Shown: piece after piece, positions 1-12,955 of the stretch
How positions within the stretch are numbered: the stretch's first letter is position 1
Layout of the letters: each line of letters starts with the position of its first letter
Assembly (NCBI GenBank): GCA_002633005.1
Contig: NMRA01000011.1
Coordinates: 501,395 to 565,394, forward strand
Reading direction: 5' to 3'
Length of the DNA stretch: 64,000 nt
Source of the DNA: Phoronis australis
Lineage: Eukaryota > Animalia > Phoronida
The notes under the pieces: model-generated
What the model saw: the letters and a program-made list of their open reading frames with translations, nothing else
The model's database searches: none
Told to the model about the DNA's origin: nothing
Made by a program: the position numbers and the translations under genes

Positions 1-300
1 GCCACGCTAACGTGTAAATCGTGTAAAAACACGACACGCTAGCGTGTAAAATTTTACATGCTAGTGTGTCAAACTTTTAAAATTTGCCACGCCAGCATAT
101 CAGACGTGTAAATTGTGACACGGTAGCGTGTCAAATGTGTAAAATTTGACACGCTAGCATATCAGACGTGTAAAATTTTACACGCTAGCATGTCAAACAT
201 GTAAAATTTTGACATGCTACATTTTACACATTTAACACGCCACGTTTGACACGCTTTTAGGGCTTTCCAATACTCCACGTTTTAGAGCATGTCAAACGTG
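1..300. repeat. Degenerate ~30 bp tandem repeat (GACACGCTAGCGTGTCAAA..TGTAAAATTT)
   Basis: Motif acacgctagc(g/a)tgt recurs repeatedly from the window start to ~300. Confidence 0.7.
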
Positions 301-2949
301 TCAAATTCTCACCCGGGTATTTGCTGTGAGGCTTTTTTGCAAATGTCCGATCAGCGGATACTGGGTCACCTTGCGATAACTCCGCTGAATTAGTTGTCCT
401 AATCAGTCCAAAGATGATGGGAATGTTAACATCAAAGCTTCAATAGCAGCAGCAGTAGCCGAGTTATGGGAGAGGCTCTTTACCCTGCTAAAATGTTACA
501 GTTCACCATTATATTCACACTAATTGTGCTTCATAACATACTCGTCATTATCATAGCCTAATTAGCCCTGTCACTCTTCATTCATATTTGATTTATTGAG
601 CCAAGTGCTTGATAATAAGCAGATTTTAGAGGGGTTTTTGCATTCTCTTAACTATGTAATGTATAGCAGGAACTACATGACAATGCTCTTTAACATAATC
701 TATGCTAAACAAAGTGTAATTATATTCACTGACAATTCGTAAATTTGAAAACTGAAAAATCTGCAAATAGTTGACCTTTGCACTAACGATGTGCCTCGCG
801 GGCTCATGCAGTGTTAGCCCCCAATAACCATATAAGGACATTTACTGGACACGGTTCGGTGATTCAAGGTAGATTTTCGCCACAAAACTCGTTCTTGAAA
901 ACATTTGGAATTTTTCAACCTACTTCATAATTTACATCACCATCATAATTGTGTTGTGTCCCTAACTAATTTAGCCGTGCAATCACAAAGATAAGGAATT
1001 AGCCTGCAAATTCAGCTTTAAATATTTTTAATTAGAAGAACTTGTTTTTTAATGTGTTTAGCTGATCTGTCAACATTTGGTTGTCTGTAGTGTTTGCCTT
1101 GTTTTTTGTGTACATCATTAAAACCTTCCCTATAGACTACAGTGGGCCACTGTGACGCGTCTTATAAAATCACTTGTACGAGCATTTTTGGGGGAGTGGA
1201 GGCAAACATGATTTCTATGTTTGATATCACAAAAAAGGTAAAGAAGTCTCCATATCTAAAGTTGTACATTTCCATGAAATTTGACTTCTAAATTTGGCTA
1301 GTTCGGCAAATTGGGCATGGATTAGAACATATTTAAAAACAATCAAATTAAATGTCTATAAAATGTGATACTGCAATTGATATATCTATGGGTTGCATCA
1401 AGACAAGCACATTAGACACATAACCTGTAACCAGTCTGTAAATAAGTATTTACAGACTGGTTCTACAAGGTAGTTATGTGGTTATCCCTTGGAACACAAA
1501 CTTGTCTGAATTTTGCAAATTAAAATTGCTCCTGTGGTATTTGCAAAGCTATTGAAATTATAAATACAGTACAATGTGGTAACGAACACAGAAAAAGTCA
1601 ATAATCAAAGAAGTCATAACTATATGCGGAACTGTCCACATTTTTCAGACAAATGTCTTTTTCTAGATGCCATTTTATCACTGCGTAACTCTGCCAAAGT
1701 TGAATTCATGATTTGTGAAAAGATGTTAATGTGTAACTGATCTAGGACCTAGTTTTTTCTTGTATGCAGTTTAGAAACTAGAGAAGTCATACTTCGAGAT
1801 TTTATTCTGGCGGAAGCAGAAACAGACTAAAAGAGTCGTGTTTTTGCTAGTGTCTCTTTTTAGTGAAAGATTTCTTTAAATTGGGATCGCAAATTCTTGA
1901 GAAATGAGATCAGAACAGAGGATTGATTATTTTATTAGCTAGATGTATTTTGATCAAAACAACTGTGAAGTAGCCCATTCCACATTTCTTTCAAAACTGC
2001 AGTTCACGGAAAACTGCAAGAAGAACCAACGCACGTGAGTTAAGCACTGGTTTCTGACTGTATGGGTGGGTACCCACATTTTCGAGCTGCACAGTCTCCG
2101 CTCAAACATGGTGCAGCCCCCCCTTGCGTACAGAAATTCACTTTTCCTGTTAAAAAGTAGTGCACATTCTTTGCACTAAATGTGTGAAAGTTGGCAGGCA
2201 AATTCAAAGTTCTTATTTCATAAATCTAGCCATTTACTTTTGTTACAGTTTGCTAAAGAGTTAGTAAGATTCCTAGATTAGAATAGACTGCTGATGTGAT
2301 GAATCAGATTAATGTCTCCTAAACTGCAGCTGCAGCTATGATCAACAACTCACCAGTGTGGCTAATTATTGTCACTAATCGTTTGATTATTCAGCTAATG
2401 AGTCCCTGCCATAACCTGCATTACAGTCCTATTTTTCCAGCATCTTAGATCACAAACACCTAATCAGATAGATGACAGTCCAAGCCCATCAGGCAGCTTT
2501 CCTACCACACATGTGTGTTTATTTTTAGCCTCACTTGAGAAGGGATTATCTTGCAGCAGTCTTTTTGCATTACATGTGCTATGTCTCCAGTCAGTACAGT
2601 AGACAGTTAGCATTGAGAGTGTACTGAGCAGGACTTGCACTGTACCATTGTGCTGCCTTTGTTGGTCTGGCCAACTCAGTTGGACTAATGCTTCAATAAC
2701 AAGCACTGTTTTGACATGGTCTACACTGAATGGCTACAGAAATCTTCTTTCAAGTGGGGTCCACAACCTGGTGTTTTATCTCCTAACAAACATCAAGTGC
2801 AATGCTGTTGTAATGGACTCATTCTAAGTCAAGAGGCTCGCTTATATGGATTCAGTGTGTTAAAGTCAAGTTATACTTGCTGAAGTGTGTATGTGTGGTC
2901 ACGTCTTAGCTATCAGCTGCAAATCTGCGAGGATTTCATGGAGTAGACC

Positions 2950-3055
2950 ATGTTTTTAACGGTCACTTGGGATCATGATCCGGACGAGGAGTTTCCTGCT
3001 GCACTGCTCATCAGTTCGCTGGTTTTCGTTTTCTTTCTTCTTTCGTTACTCGGAG
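2950..3055 (+). CDS. Candidate alternative first coding exon of the CaMKII locus: membrane signal-anchor (alphaKAP-like), MFLTVTWDHDPDEEFPAALLISSLVFVFFLLSLLG-G
   Basis: ATG at 2950 in accATG context with an in-frame TAG just upstream (2944-2946); 35 codons + 1 nt; ~19-residue hydrophobic stretch; strong donor GAG|GTATGT at 3056; phase 1 matches the linker exon acceptor. Confidence 0.7.
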
Positions 3056-4419
3056 GTATGTTCCATTCACGTTTGTCTTTAATTGCTCGCTGAATAATAC
3101 AAGGTGACGTGTTATAATATGTTCACTGCATGTTTTCTTTTTCAATATTTATAAACCATGACTGACATTCCTAGTAATTCAATGGGCTCAACTTCAGTTC
3201 TCCTAAACAAACTTGTGTTTTGGCACTGCTATGAATACACCATGTTGCTCCACCCTGTTTGCGGTATACTTAGTGTATAGACAGTGGTGTATTTTTAGTC
3301 TTCATTTGGAAGCCAAGCCATTGGGAACTGTCTTCTTAAATCTGAAAGCCAATTTCCTTGATTGAAAGGTTTCAGTTGTGTAGACACTCATTGGCAGAAG
3401 TCATTAACATGACTCCTGCTGTGAGTTGACCCTTGCTTTAAGACTAGCGGATGTTTTTGTAGATTTTCGTAGCGGTATATTCATTCATAGTTTTTGCAGA
3501 GATGGATGGTACATTATGAACTATAACATAGTTTTATGATATATCTTTCTCTATTACGTGTGGCAGGGGTATTTAAATTATTCTCAGAACTTTTGAGTGC
3601 CTGAATTATCTTGTGATCTGGTTGTTGGGTGTGTGTTTCCATGTAAGCAAGCATGCAGAATGTTTTCAATACCTGACATCGATGTCTGTATTTTGAATGG
3701 TTTTGTAGGATCTTATAAAAATGGCCAAATTTGGCTGTCTTTAGAGCATCTCAGAAACGGCTGGTCTTGGCTGATCGGATTCATAGGAAACTTTCAAACA
3801 CATTATGCATGCTGTTTAGAAAACACTATCAGTAATTGTTTTTTAATGTTCCACTTTTGCATGAGTGATTCTCTTAAAAATTGTTAAAGTTTCAGCGAAT
3901 GAAAATGAAATATTTAAGAAAATTGTAATTGCGATACCTTGAACACTTATGTTAAATAAAATTTGATCGTGTGATTGATGCCGTCATTTCGCTATTAATG
4001 TACCTTTCTTTTTTTGCTAAAGTTTACAGAAAAGACGTGGTCACGTCACTCAATTAATAAAAGATTGGTAAAATGTTAAATGTCAAATTGAACAGATTTT
4101 GTACTTTCTAAAAATATGTACTTTTACTGAGTTAAAATCTGTAGTTATCTCGATAGTTTGCTAAATGTGAGACTTGTCGATAAGTTCCTACATAAATTTA
4201 ATGGACTGCCTGTATGTTGCCAAGTTTAGACAAAACTATAAATTTTTAACTCCAGAAATATACAATGCTAGTAAAAATAGTGCTGGGAGAGTAGAAGTTC
4301 ACTTGCCGGTCGCCCAGGTGGCGAGTGAATTTTCAAAGCGCGATAAACACTATCATTTCCCAGATGAAAAGCAATAAATTTTCTCTTTCCGGTGCTGTTT
4401 TTATGATGAATTTAAGGTT

Positions 4420-4740
4420 AAGTTTGGTCCAGATTACACGGCGATAGAACTCTCCTTTGTCCCGGAGATAAGAAATCGCCTGACCTCGTTTTGGAACTCG
4501 GGCACATTTTCGTGTCTTTCATTGATGTCGTGAAGTTGAAAAATTTCAGGTCATGCATCCACGGGTATTTGTCCAATTTGTCAAACTTTCTCACATCGGA
4601 GTTGCAGCCCACAGCACAGCAGTAATACTTTGTTTGCATTGGAAAAACGAATAGAGTAATGCAACCGAGAAAAACTTTTAAAGAATCGCGACAACAACAA
4701 ATAACGTGAAACTCCAGTGGCACGAAAGCGAGGCATCAAC
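4420..4740 (-). mobile_element. Decayed THAP-domain DNA transposon fragment
   Basis: MQTKYYCCAVGCNSD...LKFFNF resembles a THAP zinc-finger N-terminus (CxxxxC, FFxF); homologous copy at ~9950-10350 on +. Confidence 0.55.
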
Positions 4741-7252
4741 TGTACCAGACGAATGTTTACGGCAATGTTGGTAAATATGGCCTGATTTAGTGTCGCTGTG
4801 TAATCTGGGACATGCCTGTTAGAGTATGAGGTTAACCTTTACCAAAAACAAGTCACAAAAGGTCACAAGCCAATAGTTGTACTTAGGCTTTAGGTGACAC
4901 AGCCTGTGTACATACCAGTCCCTGCACCATTGTGAGCCTGTTCAATTACCCCTTTTTCACATGTTATAGGCAAAGACTTCAATATCTTGAAAATTATGAC
5001 GACAGTTGGACCGAGTGTCCATAAAAAGCAATAACACAGCAATGTCTTGTATTCTGCTCATAAGATGGGCTACTTTGTTGTATTCTTTTTGGCAACATCA
5101 AGGAACAATTCTTTAGGGTCATTATTTTGAATACCCCTATATAAGAGTGGGCAGTTCCATTGTGTTCATTTGAATGCCTACACTATTTCAGAAGAAAGCT
5201 TATATTCTAAACTTGAGGGGTGTCTGAGAATAAAAAATTTAAATGTGTTGCTTTTGTCTTTGCTTTAGGTTATTTCAGTGTCTAGGTTAGTTGAGACATA
5301 TTTTTGGGTTTGACTTAGAAAGTCATGTGGAACTCGTGAATATCAGTGAGGGAAACCTTGACTCAAAATATTGATGAGTCGAGTATGACGAGGATGACCA
5401 TAGTAATTTCATGGAAATAACATTTACTATGAATTACTAGCAAGATAATTGGCTGTGAGTCTGTATAGGTATAGTAAGATGTTGGAATGATGGTTTCTAT
5501 AAACACCTTGCACAAGTTGTACACAGTGGGTGTAATCTTTTATTGGATGGAGACATGATCACATTGAGGTCATGAATGTCAGACTTGCATTGTGACTGAA
5601 ATGTTAACTGACTACCTAGTCTTATCTTCATTCCTTAGTCAGTAATTAGTTTTGCATGTAATAAAAAGCCTTGATCTACTTCAATTTTGTGCAGATTTCC
5701 GTTGTCGGGTGTTTCGAGTTTGCACCCTTGTGGCTCTGAATATGTGCCATGTACAGAAAAAATGGCACGAGACCTCAATATGGCTGTAATTTTGACTTTA
5801 TTGGCAAACAAGGCTAGAATTTAGCTCTAACATGACAGTCTTCTCTCGGTGTTCTCCCTTTCAGTGACTTAATACCAGACTTAAAGTGTTGTGAGCTTAT
5901 GAGCGTGTGATAAAATCTAGCTTCTTAATGTTAACTGCCAAACACAGTCTTTTGTCTGGTAAGACAACAGGCAGGCCAATTATCTACCAGGCGTATTACA
6001 GACCAGGTGTGAACACAGTCAAACCCAGAGCGAAATGGTACGTTCAGAAAGAATTGATTGTCGTAACTTCAGTTGTAGTTGGGCGATTTTGGCGATTCAA
6101 AAACTAAACGTGATCAGCATTTGACGAGGATTTCAGAAATGGTATTGGTTTTTGTTCAGATATGTTATAACTTAACTTTTATTTTTCACAGCACAGCCCA
6201 GTCAGGCTAGATACGATCTTATTGGAGATTAGAGCAATTATCGAACAAAAGAGAGCTGGCCCTCCAACCATAAATGCCAGAATGGAGTTAATCAGTCTTG
6301 TTAGATATTGGCTACAGAGGTCATCTTCCCAACTTGTTATTGGGCTATAGAATCGAACACCTTGGGAGCAAAGGGGAAAACACCATAATGAAGTTGTTAG
6401 AAAAATAGTTCTTTTGAATAATAAATTGTGCTAGTGTATAATGAGAGTTGTATTGTCCTGGTCAGCATCAATTCAAACAACGCGGCCATTTTTAATGCAT
6501 TGCAGAATATGATGTCCCACTAAAGGAATAATGATGTACTTTGTAACTTGAAATGGATTCAGTTTCCGCATTTGAATGCACGCCTTACTATTTTAAAAAT
6601 CAATTCCACCAGCTGCGCACTAAGTCCCGGAAGTGGGCGCTAAATTGAAAATTCTCAAAAAGTAGGTCAGCGATTAGCCAAGCAGTGGGCACTTAATTTG
6701 AAATTTTTCAAAACTTAGGTGTTTGGCGCTTACGTGATCATGACCTGAATGATCATTGTGTTAAAAACTGGTGGGAGCTTGCTAATTGTGAAAAATGTAA
6801 AGCTTCCATTCATGGAACTTAATGACTGGTTTATTGTGTCAACTGTGCCCGTGTGAATAATTTTGCGATTTTTCAGCAGCATGCACCAGCTGTATCAGGA
6901 CTTCCCTTTTGAGTTGAGAAGATTTGAGATATTTCTTCCTATCATTCACTGCAGTATCAGGTGGTCTTGGATAGAATGTCATGTTGTCTATTACCATTCA
7001 CTGCAGTATCATGTGCTCTTGGATTGAATGTAGTTCTTTGAACTCAATGATATGCACTGTCGCTGATAACCCATGATGTCGACTGTAAATGATATTCTAC
7101 ACATGAATATGCATCACATCAAAAGTAATTCTTCATGTCTGCAGCAGTGTGTAAGCAATCTGTTGGCAACTTATGCAGTTCATTGGTTGCTGTTCATTTG
7201 TCAACTTGTGCAGTTCACTGGTTGCTGTTCATTTGTTCCTATTCTTTTCCAG

Positions 7253-7336
7253 GTCGTAGCCTAGTCGTGAAGAAAAACGATGTGAAAGAATCTTCAGAAA
7301 GTAACGCGACCACCATTGATGATGAAGACACTAAAA
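7253..7336 (+). CDS. CAMK2: CaMKII variable-linker exon (G)RSLVVKKNDVKESSESNATTIDDEDTK(S)
   Basis: Acceptor ttcttttccAG (7251-7252), donor GTAAGT at 7337, phase 1-1, 84 nt; matches the conserved CaMKII linker motif KESSES..TTIEDEDTK. Confidence 0.9.
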
Positions 7337-8689
7337 GTAAGTGTGTTCAGTGGTAAGAAGGGGTTCAGCTATAATAATGTTATTAATCTTTAACTAGGTG
7401 CTCCTCCGTGGTGTCATCTACAGTTCAGTTGCAAGGAGGGGTTCAGCTATAGTAATGTCATTAATCTTTAACAAGTGGTCCTCTGCGGTACCATCTACAG
7501 TTCAGTGGCACAATTGAGTTCAACTCCAATAATGAACTGGTGCCTCTGAACTGTTTTTCAATAAACAACATCAATCATGTCTGTTGTATAATTTTTATAA
7601 GCATAGCCTGATGGTGCTTAATGGCAGTAATTTCATGGTCTACAACATGTGCACAGATAATGAAGGGCCTAAATATAGCCCTACCTCATCATTTGCACCT
7701 GAATGGATACCTGGATAGATCAATACCTGATGTAGTCCAGTCAGGCACTATGGATTTTAGCTTGCCAGCCCCTAGCTGATTAGTCTTGTGCAATTTCAGC
7801 TCCTTAGAAGTTGTCACCCATCATCTACTGGGTAATTTTTTCATAATATAAGAGAACCAATTTCTGAATTTTTCAGAATTGTACCCGGCCATTATACTGT
7901 TTTCAGGACCACCATAATCTTTATTTATTTCAAAGTGTAATTTAAACCTGCATTTCGTCTTGTGTGAGTGGCGAAATGTGGCTTTAATACATACCTGTTA
8001 ATTTATCGTACAACATGAGAAGTATATGCCTCATACCAAAAACTTTTGGCGAAATGCCAGCAACAGTAGTCGTCATCATTGAGATCTTTTTTTAAATGAA
8101 CTCCCAGACAGGTCTTCTCCAAAAAGTTGAAATTTGTTAATAAAAAGCACTTTTTCGAAAAGTAGACATTTTTGGGATGGAGAATGTCATTTAAAAGCAT
8201 TAGATTTCCAGTGTTCTCATTCACTATTAATGATATTTAGGAGCTTCGTAATGACACACATCTTAAGGTGTTTATGGGTCATTTTGCTAATAGGTTCATG
8301 TCAAAACCTTTTGTGTTGTCAGTATGTCAGTGTGTGCTAAGGTCAAAGTGGCTGGATCTGCTATCACTAACTGTCTCTGTTGGTGTCCAAGAACGGTGCT
8401 TGTAGTCGTGATTGCACTAATGAACGGAAGTGTATACGTCTTCCTAACCATCTTCAGTGCATGCGAGAATGTGGTAGTATATGTCCTCTCTCTCAAGTCT
8501 GCTATATATCTACATTGTGGAATGGTTATTAAAACGATCTTTGTGGCTTGCTGTTGCATTTTAATGCTGTGCACAATTAATAGACCATTCTCGCATAAAC
8601 AGTGCCAGAATATAGGCCCTGATGCTCCTGCCTGCCGTGCACTACTGTCAAAGTAGCAAAGTATGAAGTATTGAATTTTTACGACTTCA

Positions 8690-8975
8690 GAAGTGTAGGG
8701 TAGCAGCATACATCGACCCCCCATTTTCCCAACCCTTACTTTGCTCTCCCAAAAGTGTATGTTTGCAGAAATCATCGACCCCCTGCTCTCCCTAAAGTGT
8801 TTGGTAGCAGCGTATGTTGACCCCGCTCTCATAAAAGTGTATGAAATCAGCATACATGGACCCCTCGTTCTCCCGGAAGTATATTTGGTGGTATTATACA
8901 TCGACCTCGGCTTTCTCAAATGTGTATGGTAGTAGCAAACATTGATCCCCCCTCCCCGGTGCTCTCCCAAAAATC
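8690..8975. repeat. Degenerate ~40 bp minisatellite (GTAGCAGCATACATCGACCCCC..CTCTCCCAAAAGTGTAT)
   Basis: Several diverged units visible; underlies part of the spurious 274-aa ORF. Confidence 0.6.
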
Positions 8976-9949
8976 TCCTGTCATATGTACTTGTGAAAAC
9001 AGCACTAATCGTGTGGGACAAACTTGCTTTCCCGCTCCTTGTCATCTTCTCTAAGGCAAGTTGTGTTGACCCTTCTACTAGCCAGTGTGTTCTATAAATG
9101 TGTACATTGAAATGTTGCAATTACAGAGAGCAGTATTGAGTAACACTATGAGCATTATATAGTGGACTGAGTGTTAGATGCGAAATGATAGTCACCTGTG
9201 TAGAAGCACCTTTTATGAGTTGCAGGGGTCTGCTGTTAGTTTGAAGGAGGTAGAACCAGCTTTTGTTATGGTAGTTTAGTTGTGTTGAGAGCCGCACGGT
9301 CGATACACAGACCATGGAGATGGGAAATGCAGTTTTCAAAAATGCAGAATTTCATAACAAATTGATGCTTTTATCATAATACAAATTTTATAAGTTAAAA
9401 CTGTTATCGAACATTGTCTGCATATCCTTATTTGTCATATGAATATCAGTTCTTCATTTGAAATGTTAGTCCACTCTACCGTGCGGAGTACTCACAGTTG
9501 TTCCCCGTATTAGATTGACAATAAACATTCATTTGGAATGTGCTGAATAGTCACAGTTAGTCCTTGTATTAGATTGATAGTGAACATTGTAATCTTACTT
9601 AGTTATCGTAGTAAGTTACTTTATGCGTGACCAGTTCTAGTTTGTTGTACTTGACTGGTTCTCTGATTCTCTCTATTACGTAAACATTTGGGTTAACCCC
9701 CATGGTCACGTTCGTGTCCACTTTTGCAAATTACTGCTTGGCTAAGTGCCCATACTCTGCTTTTGAGAATTTCAGTTAAGCATCCACTGATCGGGCTAAC
9801 GCCCAGCTGGATTATACAGCGACACTGCAATTTACCCAGAATACCACAATATCCGTCAAACATTTTTAACCTTGCTTCCTTGCCCTTTTAATTCACTTGT
9901 TCTTTGTTCATATTCTTTACAATTTTTCTCGGTTGCATTACTCTATTCA

Positions 9950-10350
9950 TCCTTCCAATGCCAACAAAGTATTAGTGCTGTGCTGTTACTGTGGGCTGCA
10001 ACACAGTCGCGAGAAAGTAACAACTTGGCAAATGGCCGTAGATGCGTGATGTTCTTCTCCTTCCTGACAACAATCAAAGACAAGAAAATGCAGAACGAAC
10101 GGATAAAGCAGGTTCGCTAGGTTTATTTTGAACCACGCAGAATCCCATATTGAAGACACTTTTTCAGTTCTGGTGCTTTTAATTCATTGAAATCAGGAAT
10201 ATTTCCATGGCCATACTCTCGATGATTTTCCACGTGACCGGGACGTGAAATTTGTCCTCACATTCCTAAACAGAAGCTAGTGAAAACAAATCGCTTTCTA
10301 ACCTCCGGTCAAAGAAGAGTTCTATTGCTACTGCTTCGGGACGACCCAAT
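9950..10350 (+). mobile_element. Second decayed copy of the THAP-transposon fragment
   Basis: atgccaacaaagtattagtgctgtgctg..gtgggctgcaac and tccggtcaaagaagagttctat align with the reverse complement of 4420-4640. Confidence 0.55.
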
Positions 10351-12943
10351 TTGATTCACCAAATTATTTTCACTCCACTAAGGTACGTTTCAAATGTGGA
10401 AACTGAGTCAGTTTCAAGTCACAGTGTGTTTGGTGTCATCCGTTAGTATCTTCTACAGTACTCTAAATGGCCGTTCTATTGAAATTGATACTACGACTCG
10501 CAGTCTTTGCTACAACAGTGTTTTTCTACAGAACCCATTTTTTCATAGAATTCCGCCCTTGTACTTATCCAAAGTCGAAACGACAGTCATAACGGGTGAC
10601 AGGACATTTGTGACAAATCTATTTTTCCTTATATGTCCTGCTATCGGTGCTAAATGAGAAGCTTGAATTATATGATACTGAGCCAATGGAAAATCATGAA
10701 TACATAAACTACGTAAGTCACAGTTTTTTCTTGTGTAGTGTTCAATGCATCAATATGCCATCTGACCAGAGTATACAACACCCCATTTTCGGGTCTTCAA
10801 TTATTCGTATGGCAGGTTGATTCTAGAATTTTGACAGGTTTTTATTTCTAACATATTTTCTTCTTTCTCCAGTTGCATACTAAAGGTACTCGATTACACG
10901 TCAGTAAAGGCCGCCATTTTCAACTTTTGCAGCGGCAACTAGCTGTGTGTAAAATTTTTTTAATTTCATGTCTATGTACTATCACTTCGAAGGTCACGGT
11001 GGCCAGGACAATTTCCTGGCAGGTATCAAGTGCCCACGATTGGGTAAGCGCCATCCTCCAATTTTGAAATTTTATAATTTAACCATACATCTTTGGTTCA
11101 TTCCTCTAATTTTCACGCCCGCCTGTTGAAGTGCCAGGGGTACTAATGCAAATGTTTACAGTTATTAATCCCTGTTGTAGTACAGACATTAAGCTTTGTT
11201 TCTCACTCCTGACCTCGATCTTTTCCTCGAGACCATTCTGTCACTGTTGGAAGTTAGATATCAGTCATTCATTTCTCATTTTGTGATATGACAGAGGTGG
11301 GCTTTGTAGATGAATGTTCAGTGTTTTTGTTTCTCATAGCACAATGATTACACGTATCTTAGTAGTCGATGCAGTCTATATAGTTAGACTCCTGTGTGAA
11401 TGAGATATTTCAGTTTGGATTTTATACAGTCATTTGAAGGTGCTTATTCTGTGATCATGTGTAAATAGACCCAGCATTGTTCTTAGTTATTACATCTTCA
11501 TGATATTCAATTACTAGCTGTAGAATTCTTCCCGCGTCAGCAGTGGTCAATTCATAAAATCTTTGTCTTTCTCTTCTCTCCACCTGTTCTACTTCGTTAG
11601 GGAAGTCCGAGCACGTTGTAAGACAGTCGGACACCGTTATCCGCAAAACTGACACTACGACCAGTACTCCCACCACCAACAATTCGTTGGACAGTGAGTA
11701 TGCTCCACCATTCACTTAGCTGTCCACCCACTCTGGTGTCTAGCTCCGCCCACTCAGGTGTCTAGCACCACCCACTTTGGTGATTAGCCATGCCCACTCG
11801 GGTGTCTGGCACCTTCCACTATTCCTGTCACCCTAGTTTGCAAAGTAAACCAGTTGTCACATTGATGAGTATGGTAACCAAATCTGCACACCTAGTGGAT
11901 GTGTTTAAGAATGCAGTTTGACATCAAACTGTCATACATAGAATCATTGCAGGCAACACACTAAGTTTACTCCTGTAAACATGCCTTGCCATTGAGAGTA
12001 CTCAAAGAGATTTGTCTGTGGAAAAAACTTTAGGGTGAGAAATTGCTTGCTAGCTAAAGAACTTTAATGATCAGGTTGTGACTTCTAGTCAGAAACCTGT
12101 GGTTCAGAACGTGCGTTACTGAGTGGAAATTCTTCCAGATAAAAAACACCAGTGAAGTGCCAGTTTTGACACTTACCCATAAGAGGGTAGATAATGTGGA
12201 ATAAGGGCCTATTCAGGTGTTCAGTGGCTCCTTCATTCACAGTTCCAGTTGCATGGGGTTTGGAAAGTCTGTGCGCACCATGGGGTATTTGAAAACTGTA
12301 GTTGGCTTACCACGGTTTACTTTGTAACCTAATTGTGTTGTTTTGATAGTCATTACTATTATTTCCTGGTTTTTAGTGTTATCCTGACTGTAGTGGTCCT
12401 TGCTCCTAAGTATGTTTCTAAAGGTCAAGGCCATTGTGAGTTGTGGTACTTTTATCCATTCATTTAAATCAGTTACTTTCCTTTCTTGGAGTGTGTCCTG
12501 TCATTCGTAGCTCATCTCCTTGTTTTGTGGTCTGCGTACATTTTTTGTGAGGCAGAAGTGTTTTATTACATCAGAAAAAATGCTTTCCAGGTAATCTAAT
12601 AGTGAACTAAATGACTTTTGCCAGGGAAGTTATAAACAATAAGCGATCGTCTAAATTTTCAAGTTAGGGAACGGAGATCTTAAGGTGCGATTGTTTTTGT
12701 TTTGGCAAAAGGGGTTTGCGAGAAGTGTTCTTATTTGTTTCTGTTTTTTTTTCATTTATCTTCAGCTTCCGCATTTGTTCTCCTGAATGTGGAGTAGAAT
12801 ATTTCTGGTATATATTTATCTAGTCTATTGGTTTCAATCTGTGCTCTGCTTATATATTTTCGCGGCATTTCGGTTATTATTTCATCTTCTTGTTCTCATA
12901 GTCGGTGAACTTACGATTACTCCCATTTTATCTTGATTTTCAG

Positions 12944-12955
12944 GTGAATCCTCAG
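12944..12955 (+). CDS. Candidate 12-nt frame-preserving microexon (adds SESSG in place of S before hub 1)
   Basis: tcccattttatcttgattttcAG|GTGAATCCTCAG|GTatac; phase 1-1, no stop. Confidence 0.3.

Noticed and set aside
1-2900. CaMKII kinase or regulatory exons (e.g. GAILTTMLATRNFS)
   Set aside because: Searched by eye and not found; presumably upstream of the window, so a kinase connection is not demonstrated here
5269-5285. AG-GTTATTTCAGTGTCTAG-GT possible small exon
   Set aside because: 17 nt, not frame-preserving, and gives a stop in phase 1
8296-9120. Longest ORF in the track (274 aa, - strand)
   Set aside because: No recognisable domain, overlaps a minisatellite and lies antisense in an intron
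10873-10885. 13-nt AG..GT candidate microexon after a strong pyrimidine tract
   Set aside because: Contains TAA in the phase-1 frame and shifts the frame
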